Shown: positions 1 to 12,127 of the stretch, in pieces | Numbering within the stretch: the first letter of the stretch is position 1 | Layout of the letters: every line of letters begins with the position of its first letter | Assembly: GCA_905178155.1 (NCBI GenBank) | Contig: CAJINV010000030.1 | Coordinates: 1 to 36,047, forward strand | Direction: 5' to 3' | Origin: Amoebophrya sp. A120 | Lineage: Eukaryota; Protista; Dinoflagellata | Length of the DNA stretch: 36,047 bases | Made by a program: the position numbers and the translations under genes | The notes under the pieces: generated by a model | The model's database searches: none | The model's input: only the letters and a program-made list of their open reading frames with translations | What the model was told of the DNA's origin: nothing

Positions 1-399
1 CCGGAGCGGCCTTGGGCGCAGGCTTTGCAATTTTAAATAGCATGCCATGATGCTTTTGGGCCCTCCGCGGACTCTGCGTTTCTACTCGGAGTCCCGGATC
101 GGCTCTCGGCGCAGGCTTTGCACTTTGAAACAGCATGGCGTGATGCTTTTGGGCCCTCTGCGGCGTCTCCGGTCCTGGTCGGAGTCCCGAAGCGGCCTTG
201 GGCGCAGGCTTTGCAATTTTAGATAGCATGGCGTGATGCTTTTGGGCCCTCCGGGCCGGGTCTCTGCGTTTCTACCCGGAGTGCCGGAGCGGCCCTTGAT
301 GCAGGCTTTGCAATTTGAAACAGCATGGTATAACGTTTTTGGGCCCTCCGCCGCGTCTCCGGCCCTGGTCGGAGCCGTTTCCGGAGCGGCCTTTGGCGG
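1..399. repeat. Satellite array A (~94-bp monomer, alternating dimer), truncated by window start
   Basis: GCAGGCTTTGCA recurs at about 18, 111, 204 and 301; variants alternate (TCTGCGTTTCTAC vs GTCTCCGGYCCTGGTC). Confidence 0.9.
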
Positions 400-2364
400 T
401 ACAAGATGGATCGCCTCCATAGCGCCGGCGCTAGGGGCCCAGGAACTTGGGGGGTCGAGCGGCCGGCGGGGGCTGCCATTTGGGGCCACTTTAGGGTTAC
501 AAAATCGCCTCCCCAGCGCCGGCGCTAGGGGTCCAGGAACTTGGGGGCCCGGCGGCCGGCGGGGGATGTCATTTTGGGCCACTTTCGCGTGACAGAATCG
601 CTTCCATAGCGCCGGCGCCAGGGGCCCAGGAACTTGGGGGCCCGGTGGCCGACGGGGGATGTCATTTTGGGCCACTTTGGCGTTACAAAATCGCCTCCAT
701 AGCGCCGGCGCACGCTAGGGGTCCAGCAACTTTGGGGTCGGGCGGCCGGCGGGGGCTGTCATTTAGGGCCACTTTGGCGTTACAAAATCGCCTCCATAGC
801 ACCGGCGCTAGGGGCCCAGGAACTTGGGGGCCCGGCGGCCGGCGGGGGATGTCATTTTGGGCTACTTTGGCGTGACAGAATCGCCTCCATAGCGCCGGCG
901 CTAGGGGTCCAGGAACTTGGGGGCCCGGCGGCCGACGGGGGATGCCATTTTGGGCCATTTTGGCGTTACAAAATCGCCTCCATAGCCCCGGCGCCAGGGG
1001 TCCAGGAACTTGGGGGTCGGGCGGACGGCGGGGGCCGTCATACATTTGGCGCCACTTTGGCGTTTTAAAATCGCCTCCATAGCAATGGCGCTAGGGTTCC
1101 AGAAACGTGGGGGCCCAGCGGCCGACGGAAGATGTCACTTTGGGCCACTTTGGCGTTACATACAAAATCGCCTTCGTAGCGCCGGCGCTAGGGGTCCAGG
1201 AACTTGGGAGGCGAGCGGCCGGCGGGGGCTGCCATTTGGGGCCACTTTGGCGTTACAAAATCGCCCCCATGGCACCGGCGCTAGAGGTCCAGGAACTTGG
1301 GGGTCGGGCGGCCGGCGGGTGCGGTCACTTGGGGCCACTTTGGCGCGACAGAATCGCCTCAATAGCGCCGGCGCTAGGGGCCCAGGAACTTGGGGGCCGG
1401 GCGGCCGGCGGGGGATGTCATTTTGGGCCGCTTTGGCGTTACCAATCAAATCGCCTTCCTAGCGCCGGCGCTAGGGGTCCAGGAACTTGGGGGTCGGGTT
1501 GCCGGCGGGGGCTGTCATTTGGGGCCACTTTGGCGTTACAAAATCGCCCTCATAGAACCGGCGCTAGGGGCCCCGGAACTTGGAAGGCCCGGCGGCCGGC
1601 GGGGGATGTCATTTTGGGCCACTTTGGCGTGGCAGAATCGCCTCCATAGCGCCGGCGCTAGGGGTCCAGGAACTTGGGGGCCCGGCGGCCGCCCGGGGAT
1701 GTCATTTTGGGCCACTTTGGCGTTACAAAATCGCCTCCATAGCCCCGGCGCTAGGGGTCCAGGAAGTTGGGGGTCGGGCGGCCGGCGGGGGCCGTCATTT
1801 GAAGCCACTTTGGCGTTACAAAATCGCCTCGATAGCACCGGCGCTATGGGTCCAGGAACTTGGGGGCTCGGCGGCCGCCGGGGGATGTCATTTATTTTGG
1901 GCCATTTTGGCGTGACAGAATCGCCTCCATAGCGCCGGCGCCAGGGGTCCAGGAACTTGGGGGCCCGGCGGCCGACGGGGGATGTTATTTTGGGCCACTT
2001 TGGCGTTACAAAATCGCCTCCATAGCATCGGCGCTAGGGGTCCAGGAACTTGGGGCTCGGGCGGCCGGCGGGGGCTGTCATTTGGGGATGGGGCCACTTC
2101 TTTGGCGTTACAAAATCGCCTTCATAGCACCGGCGCTAGGGGTGCAGGGACTTGGGGGCCCGGCGGCCGGCGGGGGATGTCACTTTCTTTGGGTCACTTT
2201 GGCGTGACAAAATCGCCTCCATAGCGCCGGCGCCAGGGGTCCAGGAAATTGGGGGCCGGGCGGCCGGCGGGGGATGTCATTTTGGGCCACTTTGGCGTTA
2301 AAAAGTCGCTTCCAGAGCCGCGCCGGCGCCAGAGGTCCGAGCACTTGGGGCTCGGGCGGGCGGC
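400..2364. repeat. Satellite array B (93-bp monomer, ~21 copies)
   Basis: GGAACTTGG-like core at 442, 536, 629, 726, 819, 912, 1005 and onward; unit contains TACAAAATCGCCTCCATAGCGCCGGCGCTAGGGG. Confidence 0.95.
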
Positions 2365-3410
2365 GGATGGTGGTCGCCTTTTTGCACTTCGGGTCGGCCG
2401 GACACCGGAGACAAAAAAGTTGCAAAGCCCGGATCTGTACCGTAGCTCAAAGGCCTGGTTGGCTGTCGGGATGGTCGCCTTTTCGCGGTCCGGGGCGGCC
2501 GGAAACCGGGGACAAAAAAGTTTCAAAAACCGGGTCTGTGCCGTGCGGGGAAGGCCTGCCGGGATGGTCCCCTTTTAGTGGTCCGGGGCGGCCGGACACC
2601 GGGGACAAAAAAGTTTCAAAATGGGGGGAGGGCCTGCCAGGGTGGTGGCCTTTTCGCGGTCCGGGGCGGCCGGAAACCGCCCGGAGACAAAAAAGTTTCA
2701 AAAGCCGGGTCTTTGCTGTGCGGAGAAGGCCGGGCGGCCAGGATGGCCCCCGTTTTCTAGTCCGGGGCGGCCGGGAACCGGGGACAAAAATAATTTCAAA
2801 AACCGGGTCTGTGACGTGTGGGGAAGGCCGGGCGGCCCGGATGGCCTCCTTTTTGTGGTCCCGGGCGGCCGGACACCGGGCAAAAAAAACTTGAAAAATC
2901 GGGTTTGTGCCGTGGGGGAAAGGCCTGCCCGGATGGCCGCCTTTTCGCGGTCCGGGGCGGCCGGAGCCGGGGACAAAAAAGTTTCAAAAACCGGGTCTGT
3001 GCCGTGCGGGGAAGGCCTGCCGGGATGGTCCCCTTTTTGTGGTCCGGGGCGGCCGCACACCGGGGAAAGAAAAAGTTTCAAAAATCGGGTCTGTGCCGTG
3101 GGGGAAAGGTCTGCCAGGATGGTCGCCTTTTCGCGGTCCGGGGCAGCCGGAAACCGGGGACAAACAAGTTTCAAAAACCGGGTCTGTGCCGTGCGGGGAA
3201 GGCCTGCCGGGATGGTCCCCTTTTTGTGGCCCGGGGCGGCCGGACAAGGGGGACAAAAAAGTTGCAAAAATCGGGTCTGTACCCTCGTGTGGGGAACGCC
3301 TGCTAGGATGGTCGTCTTTTTGTGCTCCGGGCCGGCCGGACTTCGCGGAGGGACAGTCAACCAATTTTGAAAAACCGCGTCTGTGGCGTGCAAGGAAGGC
3401 CGGCGGGAAT
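2365..3410. repeat. Satellite array C (~93-bp monomer, ~11 copies)
   Basis: Repeating GGATGGTCGCCTTTTCGCGGTCCGGGGCGGCCGG...AAAAAAGTTTCAAAAACCGGGTCTGTG. Confidence 0.93.
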
Positions 3411-3429
3411 GGCCGCCTTGCTTTTTTCC

Positions 3430-4875
3430 GATTTCGCCCCGTTTTGGGGTCGCCTCTTCATGTCCAGGCCGAACGCTCTGCTGCTTTTGCGCCTCCAGGT
3501 TCTGCTTTGTTTTTCGGCGGCTCCGGGCCGGCAGCTTTTTCGCCCCGTCTTGGGGTCGCCTCCTCAGGTCAAGGCCCCACGGCCTGCTGCGTTTTGCGCC
3601 CCCAGATTTTGCTCTGTTTTGCGGCGGCTCCGGCCGGAAGTTTTTTCGCCCCGTTTTGGGGTCGCCTCTTCAGGTCCAGGCCGCACGGTCTGCTGCTTTT
3701 GCGCCTTCAGATTCTGCTTTGTTTTTCGGCGGCTCCGGGCCGGCAGCTTTTTCGCCTCGTTTTGGGGTCGCCTCTTCAGGTCCAGGCCCCCTGGCCTGCT
3801 GCGTTTTGCGCCCCCAGGTTTTGCGTTGCTTTGCGGCGGCTCCGGCCAGAAGTTTTTCCGCCCCGTTTTGGGGTCGCCTCTTCAGGTCCAGGCCGCACGG
3901 CCTGCTGCGTTTTGCGCCTTCAGATTTTGCGCTGCCTGTTTTTCGGCGGCTCCGGCCCGGCCGGAGCCTTTTTCGCCTCGTTTTCTTTGGGGCCGCCTCT
4001 TCAGGTCCAGGCCGCATGGCCTGTTGCGTTTTGCGCCCCCAGATTTTGCGTTGTTTTTCGGCGGCTCCGGCCGGAAGCTTTTTCGCCCCGTTTTGGGGTC
4101 GCCTCTTCAGGTCCAGGCCGCACGGCCTGCTGCGTTTTGCGCCTCCGGATTTTGCGCTGTTTTTTGGCGGCTCCGGCCGGAAGCTTTTTCGCCCCGTTTT
4201 GGGGTCGCCTCTTCAGGTCCAGGCCGCACGGCCTGCTGCGTTTCGCGCCTCCAGGTTTTGCGCTGCTTTTCGGCGGCTCCGGACAGGGGCTTTTTCTGCC
4301 CGTTTTGGGGTCGCCTCTTCAGGTCCAGGCCGCACGGCCTGCTGCGTTTTGCACCTCCGGGTTTGGCGCTGCTTTTTAGCGGCTCGGGCCGGAAGCTTTT
4401 TCGTCCCGTTTTGGCGGCGCCTCTTCAGGTCCAGTCTGTCCGCATGGCCTGTTGTGTTTTGCGCCTCCAGATTTTGCGCTGCTTTTCGGCGGCTCCGGAC
4501 AGAAGCCCTCTGTCCCCGTTTTGGGGTCGCCTCTTCAGGTCCAGGCCGCACGGCCTGCTGCGTTTTGCGCCTCCGGGTTTGGCGCTGCTTTTTAGCGGCT
4601 CCGGCCGGAAGCTTTTTCGCCCCGCTTTGGGGTCGCCTCGTCAGGTCCAGGTCGCACGGCCTGCTGCGTTTTGCGCCCGCCTGCAGATTTTGCGCTGTTT
4701 CTCGGCGGCTCCGGCCGGAAACTTTTTCGCCCCGTTTTGGGGTCGCCTCTTCAGGTCCAGGCCGCACGGCCTGCTGTGTTAGTTTTGCGCCCCCGGCTTT
4801 TGCGCTTTTTTTCGGCGGCTCCGGCCGAAAGCTTTCTCGCCTCGTTTTGGGGTCGCCTCTTCCGGTCCAGGTTGG
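3430..4875. repeat. Satellite array D (106-bp monomer, ~14 copies)
   Basis: CAGGTCCAGG at 3671, 3777, 3883, 4002, 4108, 4214, 4320. Confidence 0.95.
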
Positions 4876-4879
4876 CTGG

Positions 4880-6186
4880 CCGGGCGCGTGCCGGGCCGTC
4901 CGAAAGACTGCGCATCTCGGCCTGGAAAAATCGGCCGCCTGCCGCCGGGATTGCTTGGTCTCCAAAAAGCCGACGGCCTCTGCCGCTTTTCTTCTTGTGG
5001 CTGGGCGCGCGCCGGGCCGAAAAACTGCGCATCTTGGCCGGGAAAAATCGGCCGCCTGCCGCCGGGATTGGGCTCCAAAAAGCCGAACGGGTTTGCCGCT
5101 TTTCGTTCGGGGCGCGCGCCGGGCCGAAAAACTGCGTATCTTGGCCGGGGAAAATCGGCCGCCGGCCGCCGGGATTGGGCTCCAAAAGGCCGACGGCTTC
5201 TGCCGTTTTTCATTCGGGGCGCGCGCCGGGCCGAAAAACTGCGCATCTTGGCGGGGGAAAATCGGCCGCCTGCCGCCGGGATTGGGCTCCAAAAAGTCGA
5301 AGGCTTTTGCCGCTTTTCGTTCCTTCGGGGCGCGCGCCGGGCCGAAAAGCTGCGCATCTTCGCCGGAAAAAATCGGCCGCCTGCCGCCGGGGTTCATTGG
5401 GCTCCAAAAAGCCGAACGCTTTTGCCGCTCTTCGTTCGGGGCGCGCGCCAGGCCGAAAAACTGCGCATCTTTGCCGGGGAAAATCGGCCGCCTGCCGCCG
5501 GGATTGGGCTTCAAAAAGTCGACGGCTTTTGCCGCTTTTCGTTGTGGGCGCGCGCCGGTCCGAAACACTGCGCATCTTGGCCGGGGAAAATCGGCCGCCT
5601 GCCGCCGGGATTGGGCTCCAAAAAGTCGAAGGCTTCTGCCGCTTTTCGTTCGGGGCGCGCGCCAGGCCAAAGAAAAACTGCGCACCTGGGCCGGGGGAAA
5701 CAAATCGGCCGCCCGCCTGCCGCAGGGATTGGGCTCCAAATAAAAAGTCGAAGGCTTTTGCCGCCTTTCGTTTCTTCGGGGCCGGCGCGCGCCGGGCCGG
5801 GAAACTGCGCAGCGAGCCCGGCCGGGAAAAATCGGCCGCCTGCCGCCGGGATTGGGCCACAAAAAGTCGAAGGCTTTTGCCGCTTTTCGTTCGGGGCGCG
5901 CGCCGGGCCGAAAAACTGCGCATCTTTGCCGGGGAAAATCGGCCGCCTGCCCCCGGGATTGGGCTCCAAAAAGCCGACGGCTTCTGCCGCCTTTCGTTCT
6001 GGGCGCGCGCCGGGCCGAAAAACTGCGCATCTTGGCCGGGAAAAATCGGCCGCCTGCCGCCGGGATTGGGCTCCAAGCAAAAGGGCGACGGCTTTTGCCG
6101 CTTTTCGTTGTGGGCGCGCGCCGGGCCGGAAAACTGCGCATCTTGGCCGGGGAAAATCGGCCGCCTGCCGCCGGGATTGGGCTCCA
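4880..6186 (+). repeat. Satellite array E (107-bp monomer, ~12 copies)
   Basis: AAAATCGGCCGCCTGCCGCCGGGATTGGGCTCCAA repeated every 107-111 bp. Confidence 0.95.
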
Positions 6187-9100
6187 AATAGCCCAACCCC
6201 GGCGGCACGCGGCCGATTTTCCCCAGCCGAGGCCGGGCGCCTTTTTGCCCCGGCGCGCGCCCGCGACGGAAAGCGGCAAAAGCAGTGCGCCCGCTGGAAG
6301 GAGCCCAACCCCGGCGGCAGGCGGCCGATTTTCCCCGGCGGAGATGCTCACTTTTGTAGCCCGGCGTGCGTCCAGAGAGCAGCGGCAAAAGCCGGCAACT
6401 TTTTTCAAGACCAACCCGGACGGCACGCGGTCGATTTCCCCCAGCCGAAGACGTGCGTTTTTATTTTCGCCCCGGCGCGCGCCCGCAAAGGACAGCGGCA
6501 AAAGCAGTGCGCCCTTTGCAGCCCAATCCCGGCGGCAGGCGGCCGATTTCCCCCGGCGGAGATGCTCACTTTTTTGGCCCGGCGTGCGTCCAGAGAGCAG
6601 CGGCAAAAGCCGGCCATTTTTTTGAAGCACAACCCCGGCGGCCCGCGGTCGATTTTCCCCTGCCGAGGCCGTGCGTTTTTATTTTCGCCCCGGCGCGCGC
6701 CCGCAGCGGACAGGCCGGCGCCCAGTTCCGGCGGCAGGCGGCCGATTTTCCCCGGCGGAGATGCTCACTTTTTTGGCCCGGCGTGTGTCCAGAGAGCAGC
6801 GGCGAAAGCCGGCCACTTTTTCGAAGCCCAACCCCGGCGGCACGCGGTCGATTTTCCCCAGGCGAAGCCGTGCGCTTTTTCGCCCCCCCCGGCGCGCGCC
6901 CGCAGCGCGGACAGCGGCAAAGGCCGCGCGCTTTTTGCAGCCCAATCCCGGCGGCAGGCGGCCGATTTTTCCCGGCGGGCGTGCTTGCCTCCTCTTTTGG
7001 CCCGGCGTGCGTCCAGAGAGCAGTGGCAAAAGCCGGCACTTTTTTGAAGCCCAACCCCGGCGGCACGCGGTCGATTTTCCCCTGCCAAGGCCGTGCGTTT
7101 TTTCGCCCCGGCGCGCGCCCGCACCGGACAGCGGCAAAAGCAGTGCGCTCCTTGGAGCCCAATCCCGGCGGCAGGCGGCCGATTTTGCCCGGTGGGGATG
7201 CTCGCTGTTTTTTTGGCCCGGCGTGTGTCCAGAGTGCAGCGGCAAAAGCCGGCCACTTTTTTGAAGCCCAGCCCCGGCGGCACGCGGTCGATTTATGGCC
7301 CCTAGCCGAGGGCGTGCGTTTTTTCGGCCCGGCGCGCGCCCGCAAAGGACAGCGGCAACCAAAACAAAAGCAGTGCGGCTTTTCCCGGCGGGGGTGCTCA
7401 TTGTTTTGGCCCGGTGTGCGTCCGGAGACAGCGGAAAAAGACCCCGGCGGCATGCAGTCGATTTTTCCAAGCCGAAGACGTGCGCTCTGCCGCCGCGGCG
7501 CGCGCCCGCGACGGACAGCGGCAAAAGCAGTGCGCCTTGGAAGGAGCCCAACCCCGGCGGCAGGCGGCCGACTTCGGCGGGGATGCTTCTTTTTGTGGCC
7601 CGGCGTGCGTCCAGAGAGCAGCGGCACAGGCCGCCCACTTTCTTGCAGCCCAACCCCGGCGGCACGCGGTCGATTTTCCCCAGCCGATGCCGAAGGCGTG
7701 CGTTTATATTTTCGCCCCGGCGCGCGCCCGCAATGGACGGCGGCAATAGGAGTGCGCTTTTTGGAGCCCAATCCCGGCGGCAGGCCACCGATTTTTTCCG
7801 GCGGGGCTGCTCACTGTTTTGGCCCGGCGTGCGTCGAGAGAGCAGCGGCAAAAGCCGGCGAGTTTTTTGAAGCACAACCCCGGCGGCACGCGGTCGATTT
7901 TCCCCAGCCGAAGACACGCGTCTTTCTGCCCCGGCGCGCGCCCGCAGCGGACAGCGGGAAAAGCAGGGCGCTGCCCGAAGACCAATTCCGGCGGCAGGCG
8001 GTCGAACTTCCCCGGCGGAGTTGTGCACTTTTTTGGCCCGGCGTGCGTGCAGAGGGCAGCGGCAAAAGCCGGCCACTTTTTTGAAGCCCAGCCCCGGCGG
8101 CACGCGGTCGATTTTCCCCAGCCGAAGACGTGCGTTTTTTCGCCCCGGCGCGTGCCCGCAGCGGGCAGCGGCAAAAGCAAAAGCAGCGCGCTTTTTGGAG
8201 CCCAATCCTGGTGGCAGGCGGTCGATTTTCCCGGCGGGGCTGCTCACTTTTTTGGCCCGGCGCGCGTCCAGAGAGCAGCGGCAAAAGCCGGCCACTTTTT
8301 TGAAGCCCAACCCCGGCGGCACGCGGTCGATTTCCCCCAGCCGAAGACGTGCGTTTTTTCGCCCCGGCGCGCGCCCGCAAACAACGGACAGCGGCAAAAG
8401 CAGCGCGCTTTTTCGAGCCCAGTCCCAGCGGCAGGCGGCCGATTTTCCCCGGCGGAGGGACGGAGACGCTCGCTTTTTTTGGCCCGGCGTGCGTTCAGAG
8501 GGCAGCGGCAAAAGCCGGCCACTTTTTTGAAGCCCAACCCCGGCGGCACGCGGTCGATTTTCCCCAGCCGAAGACGTGCGCTCTTTCGCCCCGGCGCGCG
8601 CCCGCTACGGACAGCGGCAAAACCAGTGCGCTTTTTTGAGCCCAATCCCGGCGGCAGGCGGCCGACTTCCCCCGGCGGGCGTGCTTACTCTTTTGGCCCG
8701 GCGTGCTTCCAGAGAGCAGCGGCAAAAGCCGGCTACATCTTTTAAGCCCAACCCTGGTGGCACGCGGCCGATTTTTCTCAGCCGAAGACGTGCGCTGTTT
8801 CGCCCCGGCGCGCGCCCGCAACGGACAGCGGCAAAAGCAGCGCGCTTTTTGGGGCCCAATCCCGGCGGCAGGCGGCCGATTTTGCCCGGCGGAGATGCTC
8901 GCTTTTTTTGCTCCGCGTGTGTCCAGAGCGCAGCGGCAAAAGCCGACCACTTTTTTGAAGCCCAACCCCGGCGCCGTGCGGTCGATTTTCCCCCGCCGAA
9001 GGCGCGCGCTGCTAGTTTCGCCCCGGCGCGCGCCCGCAGCGGACAGTGGCAGAAGCCGTGCGCCTTCTGGAGCCCAATCCCGGCGGCAGGCGGTCGATTT

Positions 9101-9590
9101 TTCCCGGCGGAGCTGCGCATTTTATTGGCCCGGTGTGTGTCCAGAGAGCAGCGGCGAAAGCCGGCCACCTTTGATGTGGAGCCCAGTCCCGGCGGCAGGC
9201 GGTCGCTTTTTGTTTCCCAGCCGAGGGCGTGCGGCGTTTCGCCCCGGCGCGCGCCCGCAACGAACAGCGGGAAAAGCGGCGCGCCCTTTGGAGCCCAATC
9301 CCGGCGGCAGGCGGCCGATTTCTCGCTTCGGGGTGGGATGCGCACTTTTTTGGCCCGGCGTGCGTCCAGAGAGCAGCGGCAAAAGCCGGCCACGTTTTTG
9401 GAGCCCAATCCCGGCGGCAGGCGGTCGATTTTCCCCCGGCAAGGGCGTGCGTCCTTCCGCACCGGCGCGCGCCCGCGAGGAACAGCGGCGGGAGCAGTGC
9501 GCGCCCCCCTGTATGGTGGAGCCCAATCCCGGCCGCAAGGAAGCGGCCGGCCTTTTCCGGCGGGGGTGCGCACGGTTTTGGCCCGGTGGC
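6187..9590 (-). repeat. Satellite array E' (diverged reverse complement of E, ~215-bp dimeric unit)
   Basis: AGCCCAATCCCGGCGGCAGGCGGCCGATTTT is the reverse complement of the E core; it alternates with the variant AGCCCAACCCCGGCGGCACGCGGTCGATTTT. Confidence 0.93.
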
Positions 9591-9717
9591 GCAGCTTCGC
9601 CGGGCAAAATCGGCCGCCCCCCCCGCCGCCTGGATTGGGCTCCAAGAGGTGGAAAGCCTCTGCCGCTTTTCGTTTTGGGCGCGCGCCGGCGCGAAGCTCC
9701 GAAAAAGGTAACGACCT

Positions 9718-9897
9718 GCGCCGGCCGTCGTCGACCCTCTCCGGCCTTCGGGAAAGGTTTTGCCTTCGCATCTGCGCCGTCCGTGCTGGCCGATGGTAAG
9801 TAGCGAGAAGATACGTGATAGACCTGTGCAGCTGCGGTTCAGGTTGAAAAGAAAAAGGCCACAAGCCTGGAGCACTATTTCGAGAGCTACCGGAGGG
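9718..9897. repeat. Conserved non-tandem block, copy 1 (ends array train A-E)
   Basis: Aligns with 18906-19090: GTCGACCCTCTCCGGCCTTCG.GAAAGGTTTT, GCTGGC.GATGGTAAGTA, ACTATT.CGAGAGCTACC. Confidence 0.85.
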
Positions 9898-9900
9898 ATT

Positions 9901-12127
9901 AGCGCGTTTTGTGTCCTGCTTTTTCGCTTGTTTTCCAGCCCGCCCGGGGAGGGTGTCATCCTTGACCCCGAAACCGCAGGGGGTGGCGCGTTTTGTGTCT
10001 TGCTTTTTCGCCTGTTCGTCAGCCCGCCCGGAGAAGGCGCCAGCCTGGACCCCGAAACCGCACGGCGTGGCGCGTTTTGTGTCATGTTTTTTCGCCTGTT
10101 CTCCAGCCCGCCCGGAAAAGGTGTCATCCTTGACCCCGAAACCGCAGGGGGTAGCGCGTTTTGTGTCCTGCTTTTTCGTTTGTTCTCCAGCCCGCCCGGA
10201 GAAGGCGTCATCCTTGACCCCGAAACCGCAGGGGGAGGCGCGTTTTGCGTCCTGCTTTTTCGCCTGTTCTCCAGCCCGCCCGGAAAAGGCGCCATCCTCG
10301 ACCCCGAAACCGCACGGCGTGGCGCGTTTTGTGTCCTGTTTTTTCGCCTGTTCTCCAGCCCGCCCGGAGAAGGTGTCACCCCTGACCCCGGAACCGCAGG
10401 GGGTTGCGTGTTTTGTGTCCTGCTTTTTCGTTTGTTGTCCAGCCCGCCCGGAGAAGGCTTCATCCTTGACCCCGAACCCGCAGGGGGTGGCGCGTTTTGG
10501 GTGCTGCTTTTTCGCCTTTCCCCCAGCCCGCTCGGAGAAGGCGTCATCCTTGACCCCGAAACCGCACGGCGTGGCGCGTTTTGTGGCCTGTTTTTTCGCC
10601 TGTTCCCCAGCCCGCCCGGAGAAGGCGTCACCCTTGCCCCCGAAGCCGCAGGGGGTGGCGCGTTTTGTGTCCTGCTTTTTCGCTTGTTCTCCAGCCCGCC
10701 CGGAGAAGGTGTCGCCCTTGAACCCGAAACCGCAGGGGGTGGCGCGTTTTGTGTCCTGCTTTTTCGCCTGTTCCCCAGCCCGCCCGGAGCAGGCGCCATC
10801 CTTGACCCCGAAGCCGCACGGTGTGGCGCGTTTTGTGTGCTGTTTTTTCGCCTGATCTCCAGCCCGCCCGGAGAAGGCGTCATCCCTGACCCCGAAACCG
10901 CAGGGGGTGGCGCGTTTTGTGTCCTGTTTTTCCGCTTGTCCTCCAGCCCGCGCGCCCGAAGATTGTTGCATCCCTGACCCCGAAACCGCAGGGGATGGCG
11001 CGTTTTGTGTCCTGCTTTTTCGCCTGTTCTCCAGCCCGCCCGGAGAAGGTGCCATCCTTGACCCCGAAACCGCACGGCGTGGCGCGTTTTGTGTCCTGTT
11101 TTTCCGCCTGTTCTACAGCCCGCCCGGAGCAGGTGTCATCCTTGGCCCCGAAACCGCAGCGGGTGGCGTGGGCGTTTTGTGTCCTGCTTTTTCGCCTGTT
11201 CCCCAGCCCGCCCGGAGGGAGAGGGCGGCATCCTTGACCCCGAAGCCGCACGGCGTGGCGCGTTTTGTGTCCTGTTTTTTCGCCTGTTCTCCAGCCCGCG
11301 CGCCCGGAGAGGGCGCCATCCTTGACCCCGAAAACGCAGGGGGTGGCGCGTTTTGCGTCATGCTTTTTCGCCTGTTCTCCGGCCCGCCCGGAGAAGGCGT
11401 CGTCCTTGACCTCGAAACCGCACGGCGTGGCGCGTTTTGTGTCCTGTTTTTCCGCCTGATCTCCAGCCCGCCCGGAGAAGGTGCCATCCTTGACCCCGAA
11501 GCCGCAGGGGGTGGCGCGTTTTGTGCCCTGCTTTTTCGTTTGTTTTCCAGCCCGCCCGGAGAAGGTATCTTCCTTGACCCCGAAACCGCAGGGGGCGGCG
11601 TGTTTTGTGTCCTGCTTTTTCGCCTGTTCTCCAGCCCGCCCGGAGAAGGCGTCATCCTTGACCCCGAAACCGCACGGCGAGGCGCGTTTTGTGTCCTGCT
11701 TTTCCGCCTGTTTTCCAGCCCGCCCCCCCCCCCGGAGCAGGCGCCATCCTTGACCCCGAAACCGCATGGCGCGGCGTGTTTTGTGTCCTGCTTTTTCGCT
11801 TGTTCTCCAGCGCGCCCGGAGGGTGAAGGCGTCATCCTTGACCCCGAAGCCGCAGGGGGCGGCGCGTTTTGTGTCCTGTTTTTCGCCTGTTCTCACTCCA
11901 GCCCGCCCGGAGAAGGTGTCAGCCTTGACCCCGAAACCGCAGGGGGTGGCGCGTTTTGTGTCCTGCCTTTTCGCCTGTTCTCCACTCCAGCCCGCCCGGG
12001 GAGGGCGTCATCCTTGACCCCGAAGCCGCACGGTGTGGCGCGTTTTGTGTCCTGTTTTTTTTTCGCCTGTTCTCCCGCCCGCCCCCCCGGAGAAGGTGTC
12101 ATCCTGGACCCCGAAACCGCAGGGGGC
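9901..12127. repeat. Satellite array F (84-bp monomer, ~26 copies)
   Basis: Unit GCGCGTTTTGTGTCCTGCTTTTTCGCCTGTTCTCCAGCCCGCCCGGAGAAGGCGTCATCCTTGACCCCGAAACCGCAGGGGGTG; 28-aa periodicity in the ORF track. Confidence 0.95.
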
